Assembly: GCA_021161905.1 (NCBI GenBank)
Contig: JAGGZT010000012.1
Location: 17,675-81,674, forward strand
Source: Acidobacteriota bacterium
Lineage (GTDB): Bacteria > Acidobacteriota > B3-B38 > Guanabaribacteriales > JAGGZT01
Direction: 5' to 3'
Length of the DNA stretch: 64,000 nucleotides
Part shown: positions 11,031 to 20,192 of the stretch, piece after piece
How positions within the stretch are numbered: the stretch's first letter is position 1
Layout of the letters: each line of letters opens with the position of its first letter
Position numbers and translations under genes: made by a program
Notes under the pieces: generated by a model
Databases searched by the model: none
The model's input: the letters and a program-made list of their open reading frames with translations, nothing else
Told to the model about the DNA's origin: nothing

Positions 11031-11072
11031 GCCCGGCTCCCTAAAGCCGGGCAGGGGAGAAAAATCTCCCCT
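11031..11072 (-). terminator. intrinsic terminator of etfA (GC hairpin plus U-run) preceded by a second hairpin
   Basis: The minus-strand RNA is GCCCGGCUUUAGGGAGCCGGGC followed by UUUUUAUUUUU. A second perfect inverted repeat, AGGGGAGA-aaaa-TCTCCCCT (11053-11072), overlaps the etfA stop codon. Confidence 0.6.
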
Positions 11073-12060
11073 ATGCCCCCTTCACCTTCTTAAGCTCTTT
11101 AGCGATCGCCGGAACCACCTCCAGCACATCCCCCACGATGCCGAAATCGGCAACCTTGAAAATGGGGGCATCGGGATCCTTATTAATGGCGGCGATAAAC
11201 CGAGATGAGGACATCCCGGCGAGATGCTGGATCGCTCCCGATATGCCACAGGCGAGATAAAGGGTGGGAGATACCGTCTTTCCTGTCTGCCCTACCTGGA
11301 TCTGATGGTCAACCCAACCGGAGTCTACCGCTGCCCGTGAGGCGCCAACCGCACCGTTCAGAAGGTCTGCCAGTTCTTTTAATACATTAAAGTTATCGGC
11401 ACACCCAAGCCCCCTCCCTCCAGAGACGATCACCTCTGCTTCGGTTATATCCGCCGTACCGGATTCAGGAACGAGGTAATCAACCGCCTTCGCCCTTATC
11501 TTCTCCTCAACCCCTGCAAGATCGAGCTTCATTACCTCAGGCTCGGAGGAGCCATCCCTCATCTCCACTTCAAACGCCTTGGGGCGCAGGGTAGCGATAT
11601 AAGGAGGAGAACTAAAACCGAAGGTGGCGATTATCTTACCCAAATAAAGCGGTTTCACCGCCTTGAGCTCACCAGAATCGGCGAGGATCAATTTGGTGCA
11701 ATCGGAGGCAAGACCAGCCTTCAATCTCGCCGCCACTCGAGGAGCAAGGTCCTTGCCCATTGCGGTAGCCGAAAGAAGGACGATGAGTGGAGACACCTCA
11801 TCTATCGCCTTGGCAAGGGCAAAGGTGTAGCCCTCAGTGGAGTAGCTGGCAAGAGCTTCACTTTCACCAAGAACCACCTTATCCACCCCCACCTTCTTCA
11901 ACTCCTCGGGAACGGGTTCCAAATTATTCCCGAGGATAAGGGCAGTAAGAGGAGCGGATAGCCTATCCGCAAGCCTTCTCCCCTCAGAAGCCGCCTCAAG
12001 CGACGCCTTTTTCAGCTTGCCATCCCGATGCTCTATGAAAACAAGAACCCCTTCCGCCAT
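11071..12060 (-). CDS. etfA: electron transfer flavoprotein alpha subunit
   Basis: 329 aa with the EtfA N-domain and a C-terminal FAD-binding domain (...VVSGGRGLG...). Confidence 0.9.
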   Translation of the reverse strand: MAEGVLVFIEHRDGKLKKASLEAASEGRRLADRLSAPLTALILGNNLEPVPEELKKVGVDKVVLGESEALASYSTEGYTFALAKAIDEVSPLIVLLSATAMGKDLAPRVAARLKAGLASDCTKLILADSGELKAVKPLYLGKIIATFGFSSPPYIATLRPKAFEVEMRDGSSEPEVMKLDLAGVEEKIRAKAVDYLVPESGTADITEAEVIVSGGRGLGCADNFNVLKELADLLNGAVGASRAAVDSGWVDHQIQVGQTGKTVSPTLYLACGISGAIQHLAGMSSSRFIAAINKDPDAPIFKVADFGIVGDVLEVVPAIAKELKKVKGA

Positions 12061-12070
12061 TTTCTCCTCC

Positions 12071-12844
12071 TCAGAAGATCTTCACCTCTTTAGTCAGCCA
12101 TTCCACAAACTCCTTAGCAACCTCCTCCGAGGTGCCGGTCACCACCTTACCACCGCTCCGCATCGGGGGGAGCTTAAGCTCAACCAGCTCTACCTTGGAC
12201 GAGGGGGGATCGGAAAGGAGAGAGGCACCATCTATCGTCTCTATCTCCTTCTTCTTCGCCATCATAATCCCCCGAAGGGAGGGATAACGCGGGGTATTAA
12301 GCCCCTTACCTGCAGTGATCACCGCGGGAAGTGACGACTCCACCACCTCAGTCAATCCCTCCACCTCGCGATGGGCAACGATCTTCCCCCCATCAAGCTC
12401 GAGCTTAGAGACATTGGTGATCTGAGGGAGATCAAGAAGTTCCGCAAGCATCGCCCCAACCTGGCAGTTATCGGTGCCGATACCCATATAACCACAGAGG
12501 ATAAGGTCATAGTCCCTTTTAGAGATGGCAGAAGCAAGAAGCGAAGCCACGAAAAGGGAATCACCCTCCCCCTCCGTCCTGATATGCACCGCCTTATCCA
12601 CTCCCATTGCCAACGCTGTCCTCAAGGCAGAGACCACCCGTTCGGGACCTACGCTTATCGCGGTAACTTCTCCCTCGCCACTTTTTTCCTTTATTTTGAG
12701 CGCCTCCTCCACCGCATACTCATCATAGGGATTAAGGATAAAGTTGATTTCCGATTCCACGATGGACTTCCCATCCGGACCTATCTTTATCTGAGCTTCG
12801 GTGTCCGGAACCTGCTTCACACAGGTAATGATCTTCATCTTCAC
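12071..12844 (-). CDS. etfB: electron transfer flavoprotein beta subunit
   Basis: 257 aa beginning MKIITCVKQVPDTEAQIKI, which is a typical EtfB N-terminus. It lies 14 nt downstream of fabF. Confidence 0.9.
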   Translation of the reverse strand: MKMKIITCVKQVPDTEAQIKIGPDGKSIVESEINFILNPYDEYAVEEALKIKEKSGEGEVTAISVGPERVVSALRTALAMGVDKAVHIRTEGEGDSLFVASLLASAISKRDYDLILCGYMGIGTDNCQVGAMLAELLDLPQITNVSKLELDGGKIVAHREVEGLTEVVESSLPAVITAGKGLNTPRYPSLRGIMMAKKKEIETIDGASLLSDPPSSKVELVELKLPPMRSGGKVVTGTSEEVAKEFVEWLTKEVKIF

Positions 12845-12858
12845 CTCCCTCCTAACGC

Positions 12859-14103
12859 CTACTCCTCATACCTCTTAAAGACGAGACAGGCGTTGGTCCC
12901 ACCGAATCCAAAGGAGTTGGAGATGGCATAGTCGATGGAGAGTTCCCGCGATTTATTGGGCACATAGTCAAGATCGCAGGCTGGGTCTGGCGTATCGTAA
13001 TTTATGGTGGGATGAACCTTCTGATCTCGAATAGAAAGTACGGTGGCTGCCGCCTCCACCCCTCCAGCAGCGCCAAGGAGATGTCCGATCATCGATTTGG
13101 TCGAGCTAACCGCCACCCTCCTTGCCTGATCACCAAAGAGCCGTTTGATCGCTACTGTCTCCGCCACATCACCAGCAAGGGTAGCGGTGCCATGAGCATT
13201 TATATAGCTCACCTCCTCGGGCGAGACCTTAGCCTTATCCAGCGCCATCTTCATCGCTCGGTAGGCGCCATCCCCGTCCTCGGGTGGGGCTGAGATATGG
13301 TAGGCATCGGCGCTCATCCCATAGCCCACTACCTCAGCATATATCTTGGCATTCCGCTTAAGAGCATAGGACAACTCCTCGAGAATGAGGATACCCGCCC
13401 CTTCACCGATGACGAAACCATCCCTGTCCTTCTCGAAAGGACGGCTCGCCTTGGTCGGCTCTTCATTCCTGGTGGAAAGGGCACGCATAGAGGCGAAACC
13501 AGCCACCGCAAGCGGTGCCACTGCCTCCTCGGTCCCCCCAGCGATCATCACATCCGCATCACCACGAAGGATTATCTCGTAAGAATCGCCGATGGCATGC
13601 GCTCCACTGGAACAGGCAGTGCAAGTAGCGGAATTGGGACCTTTTGCCCCATACTTCATTGAGATGAGGCCCGCTGCCATATTGACGATAAGGCCCGGGA
13701 TGAAGAAGGGGGAGATCTTACGGGGTCCCTTCTCCAATAGAACCGAATGTTGCCATTCTAGAAAGAGGATCCCCCCGATCCCAGAGCCAACCAAAACCCC
13801 GATCCGCTCGGCATCAACCCCCTCTATCTTGAGCTCAGCATCCCTTATGGCGAGCTCAGTGGCTGCCAAGGCGTACTGAGAAAAGAGGTCCATCTTCCTC
13901 AACTCCCTCTTCTCGATGAACTCAAGCGGATCGAAACCTCTCACCTCTCCGGCTATCCGCACCGGATAATCGGTGGCATCAAACCTGGTGATCGGTCCAA
14001 TACCACTCTTACCGGAGAGCATCCCCTTCCAATTCTCTTCAGTGCCCACCCCTAATGGAGAAATGAGTCCAATACCCGTAATTACAACCCTTCTTCCTTC
14101 CAA
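12859..14103 (-). CDS. fabF: 3-oxoacyl-ACP synthase II
   Basis: 414 aa with the KAS II thiolase fold, the active-site Cys context (ATCTACSSG) and the His-His pair. It follows acpP. Confidence 0.93.
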   Translation of the reverse strand: MEGRRVVITGIGLISPLGVGTEENWKGMLSGKSGIGPITRFDATDYPVRIAGEVRGFDPLEFIEKRELRKMDLFSQYALAATELAIRDAELKIEGVDAERIGVLVGSGIGGILFLEWQHSVLLEKGPRKISPFFIPGLIVNMAAGLISMKYGAKGPNSATCTACSSGAHAIGDSYEIILRGDADVMIAGGTEEAVAPLAVAGFASMRALSTRNEEPTKASRPFEKDRDGFVIGEGAGILILEELSYALKRNAKIYAEVVGYGMSADAYHISAPPEDGDGAYRAMKMALDKAKVSPEEVSYINAHGTATLAGDVAETVAIKRLFGDQARRVAVSSTKSMIGHLLGAAGGVEAAATVLSIRDQKVHPTINYDTPDPACDLDYVPNKSRELSIDYAISNSFGFGGTNACLVFKRYEE

Positions 14104-14172
14104 GTTACCTCCTCCGTCATCCCTTACCTATTGGGATGGCAGTGTAGGAAAGATTAAAAAGACACCCAAAGA

Positions 14173-14409
14173 TTAAGATGAGATGCGGGAAGAAAGGTAA
14201 TTAACCGCGTCCTGGACGCTCACGATCTTCTCCGCATCCTCCTCCGGGATCTCGATGTCGAACTCCTCCTCAAAAGCCATAACCAACTCCACCTGATCAA
14301 GAGAATCCGCACCGAGATCATCAACGAACTTCGCCTCAGGAACAACCTCCTCCTCGCTTACTCCAAGCTGCTCCACGATTATCTTCTTTACCCTTTCCTC
14401 AACGGTCAT
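14173..14409 (-). CDS. acpP: acyl carrier protein
   Basis: 78 aa with the DSLD phosphopantetheine attachment motif (...[19 protein letters not shown]...). Confidence 0.95.
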   Translation of the reverse strand: MTVEERVKKIIVEQLGVSEEEVVPEAKFVDDLGADSLDQVELVMAFEEEFDIEIPEEDAEKIVSVQDAVNYLSSRISS

Positions 14410-14442
14410 CTTACTATACCTCCTTTCTTAAATTTTCGAGTA

Positions 14443-14472
14443 ATTATAAAAGGGAAAATCACCAAAGTCAAC
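14443..14472 (-). promoter_or_regulatory. dedicated sigma70 promoter for acpP inside the fab cluster (TTGACT-18-TATAAT)
   Basis: The minus strand reads TTGACTttggtgattttcccttTTATAAT, followed by GGAGG 9 nt before the acpP ATG. An acpP-specific promoter is also known in E. coli. Confidence 0.5.
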
Positions 14473-14473
14473 T

Positions 14474-15223
14474 TTACATATAGAGCCCACCGCTTATATT
14501 GAGCACATGACCCGTGATATAGCTCGCCTCTTCAGACGCCAGGAATTTCACCCCGTTTGCTATATCCTTTGGAGTGCCCAACCGGGGCGTAGGTATCTGG
14601 CTGATAAGTTTCTCCCTTGCCTCAGGGGAAAGTGCCTGGGTCATCGGGGTGTCGATGAAACCGGGGGCAATGGCGTTTACGGTTATCCCCCGAGAGGCAA
14701 CCTCCCTCGCCACTGACTTAGTGAACCCGATGAGACCCGCCTTGGAAGCAGAATAATTTGCCTGCCCCACATTGCCCATCAACCCCACTACTGAGGCGAT
14801 GTTTATTATCCTCCCATAACGCTTCTTCACCATCGCCTTGATCACCACTTGGGTGAAATTGAACGCCCCAGATAGGTTAACATCGATCACCTTCTGCCAC
14901 TCATCGGGCTTCATCCTTAAGATAAGATTATCCCTCGTTATCCCCGCATTGTTGACCAATATATCCACCTTCCCGAACTCAGAGAGTACCTTTTCCACTG
15001 CCGCCTTCACCTTTTCGTAATCCGATACATCCACCTCCAAGGGGAGGGCTTTAACCCCCTTCTTCTCTACCTCCTTCGCTACCTCGGTGAGCGTAGGAAA
15101 CTTGACATCGACAAGCGCCAAATCCGCCCCTTGATCGGCAAAGGTAAGAGCTATCTCCCGCCCTATCCCCTGAGAAGCCCCGGTGATAAGGGCTACTTTT
15201 CCAGGAAACATCTTCTCCCCCAT
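14474..15223 (-). CDS. fabG: 3-oxoacyl-ACP reductase
   Basis: 249 aa short-chain dehydrogenase with the TGASQGIG Rossmann motif and a YxxxK catalytic pair. Confidence 0.9.
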   Translation of the reverse strand: MGEKMFPGKVALITGASQGIGREIALTFADQGADLALVDVKFPTLTEVAKEVEKKGVKALPLEVDVSDYEKVKAAVEKVLSEFGKVDILVNNAGITRDNLILRMKPDEWQKVIDVNLSGAFNFTQVVIKAMVKKRYGRIINIASVVGLMGNVGQANYSASKAGLIGFTKSVAREVASRGITVNAIAPGFIDTPMTQALSPEAREKLISQIPTPRLGTPKDIANGVKFLASEEASYITGHVLNISGGLYM

Positions 15224-15226
15224 TTG

Positions 15227-16165
15227 TTATTCCTCCCCCGTTTCAGCTAAAAATCTATTAAGGGATGGCTCGTCCTCCACATTGAATATCTTCGCCCCAG
15301 GTAGAATACGCTTGATAAGACCAGTAAGAACCTTCCCTGGTCCTACCTCGACAAAGGTATCACAACCTAAAGAGGAGAGCTTCTCTATCACCTCCACAAA
15401 GCGGACCGGAGATACCATTTGCTCTATTAGGGCTTTCTTCGCCTCTTCCCCCTTCTCGATAAGACCAGCAGAGACATTGGCAACAAGAGGGCAGGAAAGA
15501 TCGGAAAACTCGATCCTATCGAGCTCAGAAGCGAGCTTCTCCTTAGCCGGCTCCATCAGCGGGGAGTGAAAAGGAGCGCTTACCGGAAGGAGTAGTGCTC
15601 GCTTCGCTCCCTTCTCCTTAGCCTTTACTATCGCCCGCTCCACCGCCTCTCTTCTCCCAGAAATAACCGTCTGCACCGGGGAGTTGAAATTAGCTGCTAC
15701 CAACACATCTCCTCTGCTCTCCTCATTACAGATCGCCTCTACCTTATTAGAGGGAAGGCCAATTATCGCCGCCATCGCCCCCTCACCAACGGGAACCCCC
15801 TCTTGCATAAATCTACCCCGCTTCCTCACCAAACGAATACCGTCTTCGTAGGAAAAAGCGGAGGCGGAGGCAAGTGCGGAATACTCCCCCAAACTATGAC
15901 CAGCGACGAAATCGGGGTGAACCCCTCGGCTCTTCAAAACCTCGAAGGAAGCAATGCTTACCGCGAAGACCGCCGGCTGGGTGTTCTCAGTGAGGGAGAG
16001 TTCCTCCTTGCTCCCCTCGAAACAAAGCCTCCTCAAGGGGAAACCGACCGCCTCCTCGAGTCTCTCGAATACCGCCTTTGCTTCGGAAAACTTATCATAT
16101 AAATCCTTTCCCATCCCGGGATATTGAGAAGCCTGCCCAGGAAAGACAAACGCCTTTTTCCCCAC
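15227..16165 (-). CDS. fabD: malonyl-CoA:ACP transacylase
   Basis: 312 aa with the GHSLGEYSAL active-site serine motif. Confidence 0.9.
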   Translation of the reverse strand: MGKKAFVFPGQASQYPGMGKDLYDKFSEAKAVFERLEEAVGFPLRRLCFEGSKEELSLTENTQPAVFAVSIASFEVLKSRGVHPDFVAGHSLGEYSALASASAFSYEDGIRLVRKRGRFMQEGVPVGEGAMAAIIGLPSNKVEAICNEESRGDVLVAANFNSPVQTVISGRREAVERAIVKAKEKGAKRALLLPVSAPFHSPLMEPAKEKLASELDRIEFSDLSCPLVANVSAGLIEKGEEAKKALIEQMVSPVRFVEVIEKLSSLGCDTFVEVGPGKVLTGLIKRILPGAKIFNVEDEPSLNRFLAETGEE

Positions 16166-16175
16166 CTCTACCTCC

Positions 16176-17159
16176 TTACCATCTGATCAAACTTGCTGCC
16201 CAAGTAACTCCCCCGCCGAATGCAGTAAGGAGAACGAGATCGCCTTCCTTCAATCTTCCCTGCTCAACCAACTCGTTGAGGGCAATAGGTATGGAACCGG
16301 AGGAGGTATTACCCGTCCAGGCTATATTGGAATAGACCTTTTCCCTTGGAATCTTGAGTCGAGAGGCAACCGCATCGGTTATCCGTTGATTTGCCTGATG
16401 AGGTATCAATACACTCACCTCCTCCCTCTTAACCCCTGCCTCCTCAAGGACCTCGAGAGCTATATCCGCCATCGCCCGAACCGCCACTTTGAACAGCTCA
16501 TTACCTCTCATTTTGACGAAATGGAGCCTCTTCTCTATCGTCTCGTGGGAAGCGGGCATCTTGGTACCCCCTGCCGGTATGAGAAGAAAGTCGGCGAATT
16601 CCCCGTCACTCCTCAGTTTGGTAGCGAGGATCCCTCGAGGCTCCGGAACCCTTCCTAAAACAGCTGCTCCAGCACCATCGGCGAAGATAACACAGGTACT
16701 CCTGTCAGTCCAATCAATAACCCGACTGAGCACCTCCCCCCCGATTACAAGTACCCTCTCCGCCTCTCCAGAATGGATAAATTTCTCCCCTATCGAGAGG
16801 CCATAAATAAAACCGGAACAGGCAGCAGAAATATCAAAAGCAGCCGCTTTCTTTGCCCCCAGGTTCGCCTGAACAAAACAGGCGGTAGCAGGAAGGGGAT
16901 GATCCGGGGTAACCGTAGCACAGATTATTATATCGATATCCTTCGGTTCAAGTTCGGCACGAAGAAGCGCCTTCCTCGCCGCCTCGGTCATAAAGGTGGA
17001 AAGATATTCCCCCTCCTCAGCTATCCTCCTCTCCCTTATCCCCGTCCTCGTCCTTATCCACTCGTCCGAGGTATCAACTATCTTCTCCAGGTCAAAATTG
17101 GTAACCACCTTTTTGGGTAGCGATGATCCAATGCCCAATATGCCTGCTTTACTATCCAT
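16176..17159 (-). CDS. fabH: 3-oxoacyl-ACP synthase III
   Basis: 327 aa with the active-site Cys context (AACSGFIYGL) and a C-terminal ...AFGGGVTWAA... Confidence 0.9.
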   Translation of the reverse strand: MDSKAGILGIGSSLPKKVVTNFDLEKIVDTSDEWIRTRTGIRERRIAEEGEYLSTFMTEAARKALLRAELEPKDIDIIICATVTPDHPLPATACFVQANLGAKKAAAFDISAACSGFIYGLSIGEKFIHSGEAERVLVIGGEVLSRVIDWTDRSTCVIFADGAGAAVLGRVPEPRGILATKLRSDGEFADFLLIPAGGTKMPASHETIEKRLHFVKMRGNELFKVAVRAMADIALEVLEEAGVKREEVSVLIPHQANQRITDAVASRLKIPREKVYSNIAWTGNTSSGSIPIALNELVEQGRLKEGDLVLLTAFGGGVTWAASLIRW

Positions 17160-18153
17160 TTTTGTTGAACTCCACTAATCGCTTACGGATCCTTTCGTTA
17201 ACCCTGTTTTCGTAATAATTCTTCACGATCCTTATGGCGTTCTTTATCGCCTTGGGGGAGGATCTGCCATGGCAGATCACACAAACCTCCTTTATCCCAA
17301 GCAAGGGGGCTCCCCCATACTCGGCATAATCTGCCTTCTTCTTAAAATGGGCGAACGCCTTCTTAAGAAAGATATAACCAATCCGGGCAAAAAAGTCCCG
17401 AGAAAGCTCCTCCTTAAGAATGGAAGCCATCGTCTCCGCTATGCTCTCACTCACCTTCAGAATGACATTACCGGTAAACCCATCGCAGACGATCACCTCC
17501 ACTCTGCCAGCGAAGACATCCCGCCCCTCTACATTGCCATAAAAATTAATGGGCGCCCGAAGGAGACTTTGGTAGGTCTTCCGAGTCAACTCATTTCCCT
17601 TGGTCTCCTCCTCCCCAATATTGAGGAGGCCCACCTTCGGGTTCTCCTTCCCCAAAACCTCCGAAGCGAAGGTAGAACCCATTATGGCAAATTGAACGAG
17701 ATGCTCCGGCTTACAATCTACATTGGCACCCACATCGAGGAGAACCGCACTACCCTCAGGGGTGGGAATAGCCATCGCCAAAGCAGGACGATCAACCCCC
17801 TCTAAGGTACCAAGGACAAACTTGGCGGTCGCCATCACCGCCCCAGTATTCCCCGCACTCACCAACCCTTGAGCTCTTCCTTCCTTTACCAAATCGGTGG
17901 CAATCCTAATAGACGAATTTTTCTTCTTGCGGAAAGCAATAGTAGGTGGATCAGCCATCTCCACCTGTTCAAGAGCATTGACTATCTCTACCCCGGAAAG
18001 ATCGTGAAGCCTACTCCCCAACTTCTCCTTGATAACCTCCTCCTTCCCCACCAAAATCACCTCTACCCCATACTCAGAGACCGCCTCGATCGCTCCCTCG
18101 ATCGGACTATCAGGGGCGTAATCTCCCCCCATTACATCTACCGCTATCTTCAT
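17152..18153 (-). CDS. plsX: phosphate:acyl-ACP acyltransferase PlsX
   Basis: The MKIAVDVMGGDYAP start is typical of PlsX. The ORF-track start at 18231 adds a 26-aa Arg/Gly-rich extension that would run through rpmF, so the internal ATG at 18153 is preferred. That start sits 21 nt after the rpmF stop. Confidence 0.9.
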   Translation of the reverse strand: MKIAVDVMGGDYAPDSPIEGAIEAVSEYGVEVILVGKEEVIKEKLGSRLHDLSGVEIVNALEQVEMADPPTIAFRKKKNSSIRIATDLVKEGRAQGLVSAGNTGAVMATAKFVLGTLEGVDRPALAMAIPTPEGSAVLLDVGANVDCKPEHLVQFAIMGSTFASEVLGKENPKVGLLNIGEEETKGNELTRKTYQSLLRAPINFYGNVEGRDVFAGRVEVIVCDGFTGNVILKVSESIAETMASILKEELSRDFFARIGYIFLKKAFAHFKKKADYAEYGGAPLLGIKEVCVICHGRSSPKAIKNAIRIVKNYYENRVNERIRKRLVEFNKNG

Positions 18154-18173
18154 CTCTCGCTTCTCCCGCTTAC

Positions 18174-18356
18174 CTAAACCTCCTCGCCTTCCATAACCTC
18201 TTCGCCTTTGTAATACCCACAATAGGGGCACACCCGGTGGGGTAACTTCTCATGCCCGCACTGAGGACATCTGGAGAAGGAGGGAACCTTAAGTGCATCA
18301 TGGGCACGCCTCTTATCCCTCCTCGCCTTCGAATGCCTTCGTTTTGGGTTCGCCAT
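18174..18356 (-). CDS. rpmF: 50S ribosomal protein L32
   Basis: 60 aa beginning [17 protein letters not shown], with a C4 zinc ribbon ([18 protein letters not shown]). Confidence 0.93.
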   Translation of the reverse strand: MANPKRRHSKARRDKRRAHDALKVPSFSRCPQCGHEKLPHRVCPYCGYYKGEEVMEGEEV

Positions 18357-18366
18357 CTTCCACCTC

Positions 18367-18903
18367 CTATCCTTTTATCTTCAATCTCGCCTTGAGATCT
18401 TTTAAAGGAGCAAGTCTCGGGTCAATCGCCTCTCGTTGACAATTACAGGGCGCCTGATTTAAATTGGCACCACACATCGGGCAAAGCCCCTTACAATTGG
18501 GAGAACAGATAGGCTTCATCGGAATAGCCAAGATGATCTGCTCCCGCACCACCTCAGAAAGATCGATTTCATCATCCTGATAGAAGGAAACCTTGAGATC
18601 GTTGGGGGTAAGCTCTAAATCCGGCTCTGTTGGCATCTCATCCCGCGGTAGATAAACAAGCTCAAACGATGAGGAGGAAAGGAAGGGAAATTCCTCGAGA
18701 CATCGGGAACAGATAAGCTCAAGCTCAAAGGAGACCTCTCCCTTTATCTCACATCTTCTCCCTTTCACCACTATCTCGAGCTTAGCCGGGGCTGGTTTCT
18801 TAAGGGAAAATTCCCCATTCCGTACCAGTCCTAACTCGGATGGCGAAAATGAATGCTTAACAAAAAGCCCCTTCTTGGGAACCTTGCTTACCTCAATTAG
18901 CAT
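18367..18903 (-). CDS. yceD: YceD/DUF177 family protein (23S rRNA accumulation protein)
   Basis: 178 aa with a C-terminal Cys cluster ([23 protein letters not shown]). The yceD-rpmF-plsX order is conserved. Confidence 0.85.
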   Translation of the reverse strand: MLIEVSKVPKKGLFVKHSFSPSELGLVRNGEFSLKKPAPAKLEIVVKGRRCEIKGEVSFELELICSRCLEEFPFLSSSSFELVYLPRDEMPTEPDLELTPNDLKVSFYQDDEIDLSEVVREQIILAIPMKPICSPNCKGLCPMCGANLNQAPCNCQREAIDPRLAPLKDLKARLKIKG

Positions 18904-18914
18904 CTCATCTCCTT

Positions 18915-18939
18915 CCTCGAAGGGAAAAACCCTTCGAGG
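18915..18939 (-). promoter_or_regulatory. perfect 10-bp stem-loop directly upstream of the yceD Shine-Dalgarno sequence
   Basis: CCTCGAAGGG-aaaaa-CCCTTCGAGG. On the mRNA it is followed at once by AAGGAG and the yceD ATG. There is no U-run, so it is not a classic terminator. Confidence 0.4.
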
Positions 18940-18951
18940 GTTGGTCAGCCA

Positions 18952-19287
18952 TCAGCTTACATAAGGGGATATCCTCTTGTCAATCGCCTCCTTCGATTGA
19001 ACTCCAATAATCTGCTCCCTCACCTCCCCCCGGTCAAATAGAAGGAGGGTGGGGATGGAACGAATACGATACCGGGCAGCTATCGCTCCCTCCTCATCTA
19101 CATTTACCTTCCCTACCTTGAGTCTCCCCTTATACTCCTCGGCTAACTTCTCCACTATCGGAGTTATCATCTTGCAGGGAACACACCACTCCGCCCAGAA
19201 GTCAACGAGCACCGGGATATCGGATTTTATGACCTCCCGCTCGAAATTCTCACTGTTAAAAGTGAATATCTCTGACATCTGCCTCAC
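18952..19287 (-). CDS. trxA: thioredoxin
   Basis: 111 aa with the WCVPCK active site. Confidence 0.9.
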   Translation of the reverse strand: MRQMSEIFTFNSENFEREVIKSDIPVLVDFWAEWCVPCKMITPIVEKLAEEYKGRLKVGKVNVDEEGAIAARYRIRSIPTLLLFDRGEVREQIIGVQSKEAIDKRISPYVS

Positions 19288-19314
19288 TCCTTTCTCTCAT
19301 TTTACCAAACAAAC

Positions 19315-19824
19315 CTATCTTGAGAGGAGTCTATCCACCTCATTTTTGAAACGTGGATGAAGCTTCTCATAGGTAGCAGTTATATCCTCTGGTATCAACC
19401 TTACTCCACCTACAATTGACATAAAATTGGTGTCTCCGTTCCACCGAGGCACAATGTGAAGATGAAAATGATCCACCACCCCAGCACCTGCCGGTCTCCC
19501 CAAGTTCATCCCTATGTTGAATCCCTCTGGATGATAAACCTCCTCCAGAACCTTCACGCTCAACTTGACAAGCTCAATAAATTCCTCACTCTCCTCCTTT
19601 CCATATTGGTAAAAGGAGGCGATATGCTCCATTGGCGCCACCATTATATGACCACTGTTGTAAGGGTAAAGGTTCAATATCAGAAAGTTATATCTTCCGC
19701 GAGCAAGGATAAGGGCTTTCCTATCATCCGCCAAAGAAAGCGCCTCGCAGAAGATACAACCTCCTTTTTCTTTACCCGCCTTTTTTATATAAGGGTAACG
19801 CCACGGCGTCCAGAGAATTTCCAT
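19315..19824 (-). CDS. HIT-family nucleotide hydrolase/transferase (GalT/Ap4A phosphorylase-like)
   Basis: It has the histidine triad HFHLHIVPRW, the N-terminal ILWTPWRYPYI motif and a CIFC motif. The ORF track starts at a GTG one codon upstream of the ATG. Confidence 0.8.
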   Translation of the reverse strand: MEILWTPWRYPYIKKAGKEKGGCIFCEALSLADDRKALILARGRYNFLILNLYPYNSGHIMVAPMEHIASFYQYGKEESEEFIELVKLSVKVLEEVYHPEGFNIGMNLGRPAGAGVVDHFHLHIVPRWNGDTNFMSIVGGVRLIPEDITATYEKLHPRFKNEVDRLLSR

Positions 19825-19835
19825 CACTTTGCCCT

Positions 19836-19875
19836 AATAAAAAGGCAGGGCACCTCCTCTTATCAAAACCCTGCC
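19836..19875 (-). terminator. possible terminator after the HU-like gene
   Basis: The minus-strand RNA is GGCAGGG-(18-nt loop)-CCCUGCC followed by UUUUUAUU. The loop is long, so confidence is modest. Confidence 0.35.
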
Positions 19876-19897
19876 TGCCGTAAACCCTTTGAGGGCT

Positions 19898-20176
19898 TCA
19901 CCCAGAGTTAATGAGTTCCTTTAAGCCCTTGCCTGCTTTGAAATAGGGAACCTTCTTCGCCGGAACACTCACCTTCTCCCCAGTCTTGGGGTTCCGCGCC
20001 TCACGAGCCCTCCGCTGACGCAGTCGGAAACTACCGAATCCCCTAAGTTCCACCTTCTCCCCTCGATGAAGAGCCTCGATAATACTCTGAAACACGGTAT
20101 CTACCACGATCTCAGAGTGCTTTTTCGTTAGATTGGCAGCCTTTGCCACCTCTTCTATTAACTCTGCCTTGGTCAT
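19898..20176 (-). CDS. hup: HU/IHF-family DNA-binding protein (IHF-beta position downstream of rpsA)
   Basis: 92 aa with the beta-arm motif ...GFGSFRLRQRRAREARNPKTGEKVSVPA... The cmk-rpsA-ihfB-like synteny matches E. coli. Confidence 0.88.
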   Translation of the reverse strand: MTKAELIEEVAKAANLTKKHSEIVVDTVFQSIIEALHRGEKVELRGFGSFRLRQRRAREARNPKTGEKVSVPAKKVPYFKAGKGLKELINSG

Positions 20177-20192
20177 AGCAAAACTCCTTAAT

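Noticed and set aside
18154-18231. N-terminal extension of plsX ([18 protein letters not shown]...)
   Set aside because: It would overlap all of rpmF in another frame, whereas MKIAVDVMGGD is the canonical PlsX start.
19836-19875. SD-like AAGAGGAGGTG inside the loop of the putative hup terminator
   Set aside because: It lies on the wrong side of the HIT-gene start to serve as its ribosome-binding site and is probably coincidental.
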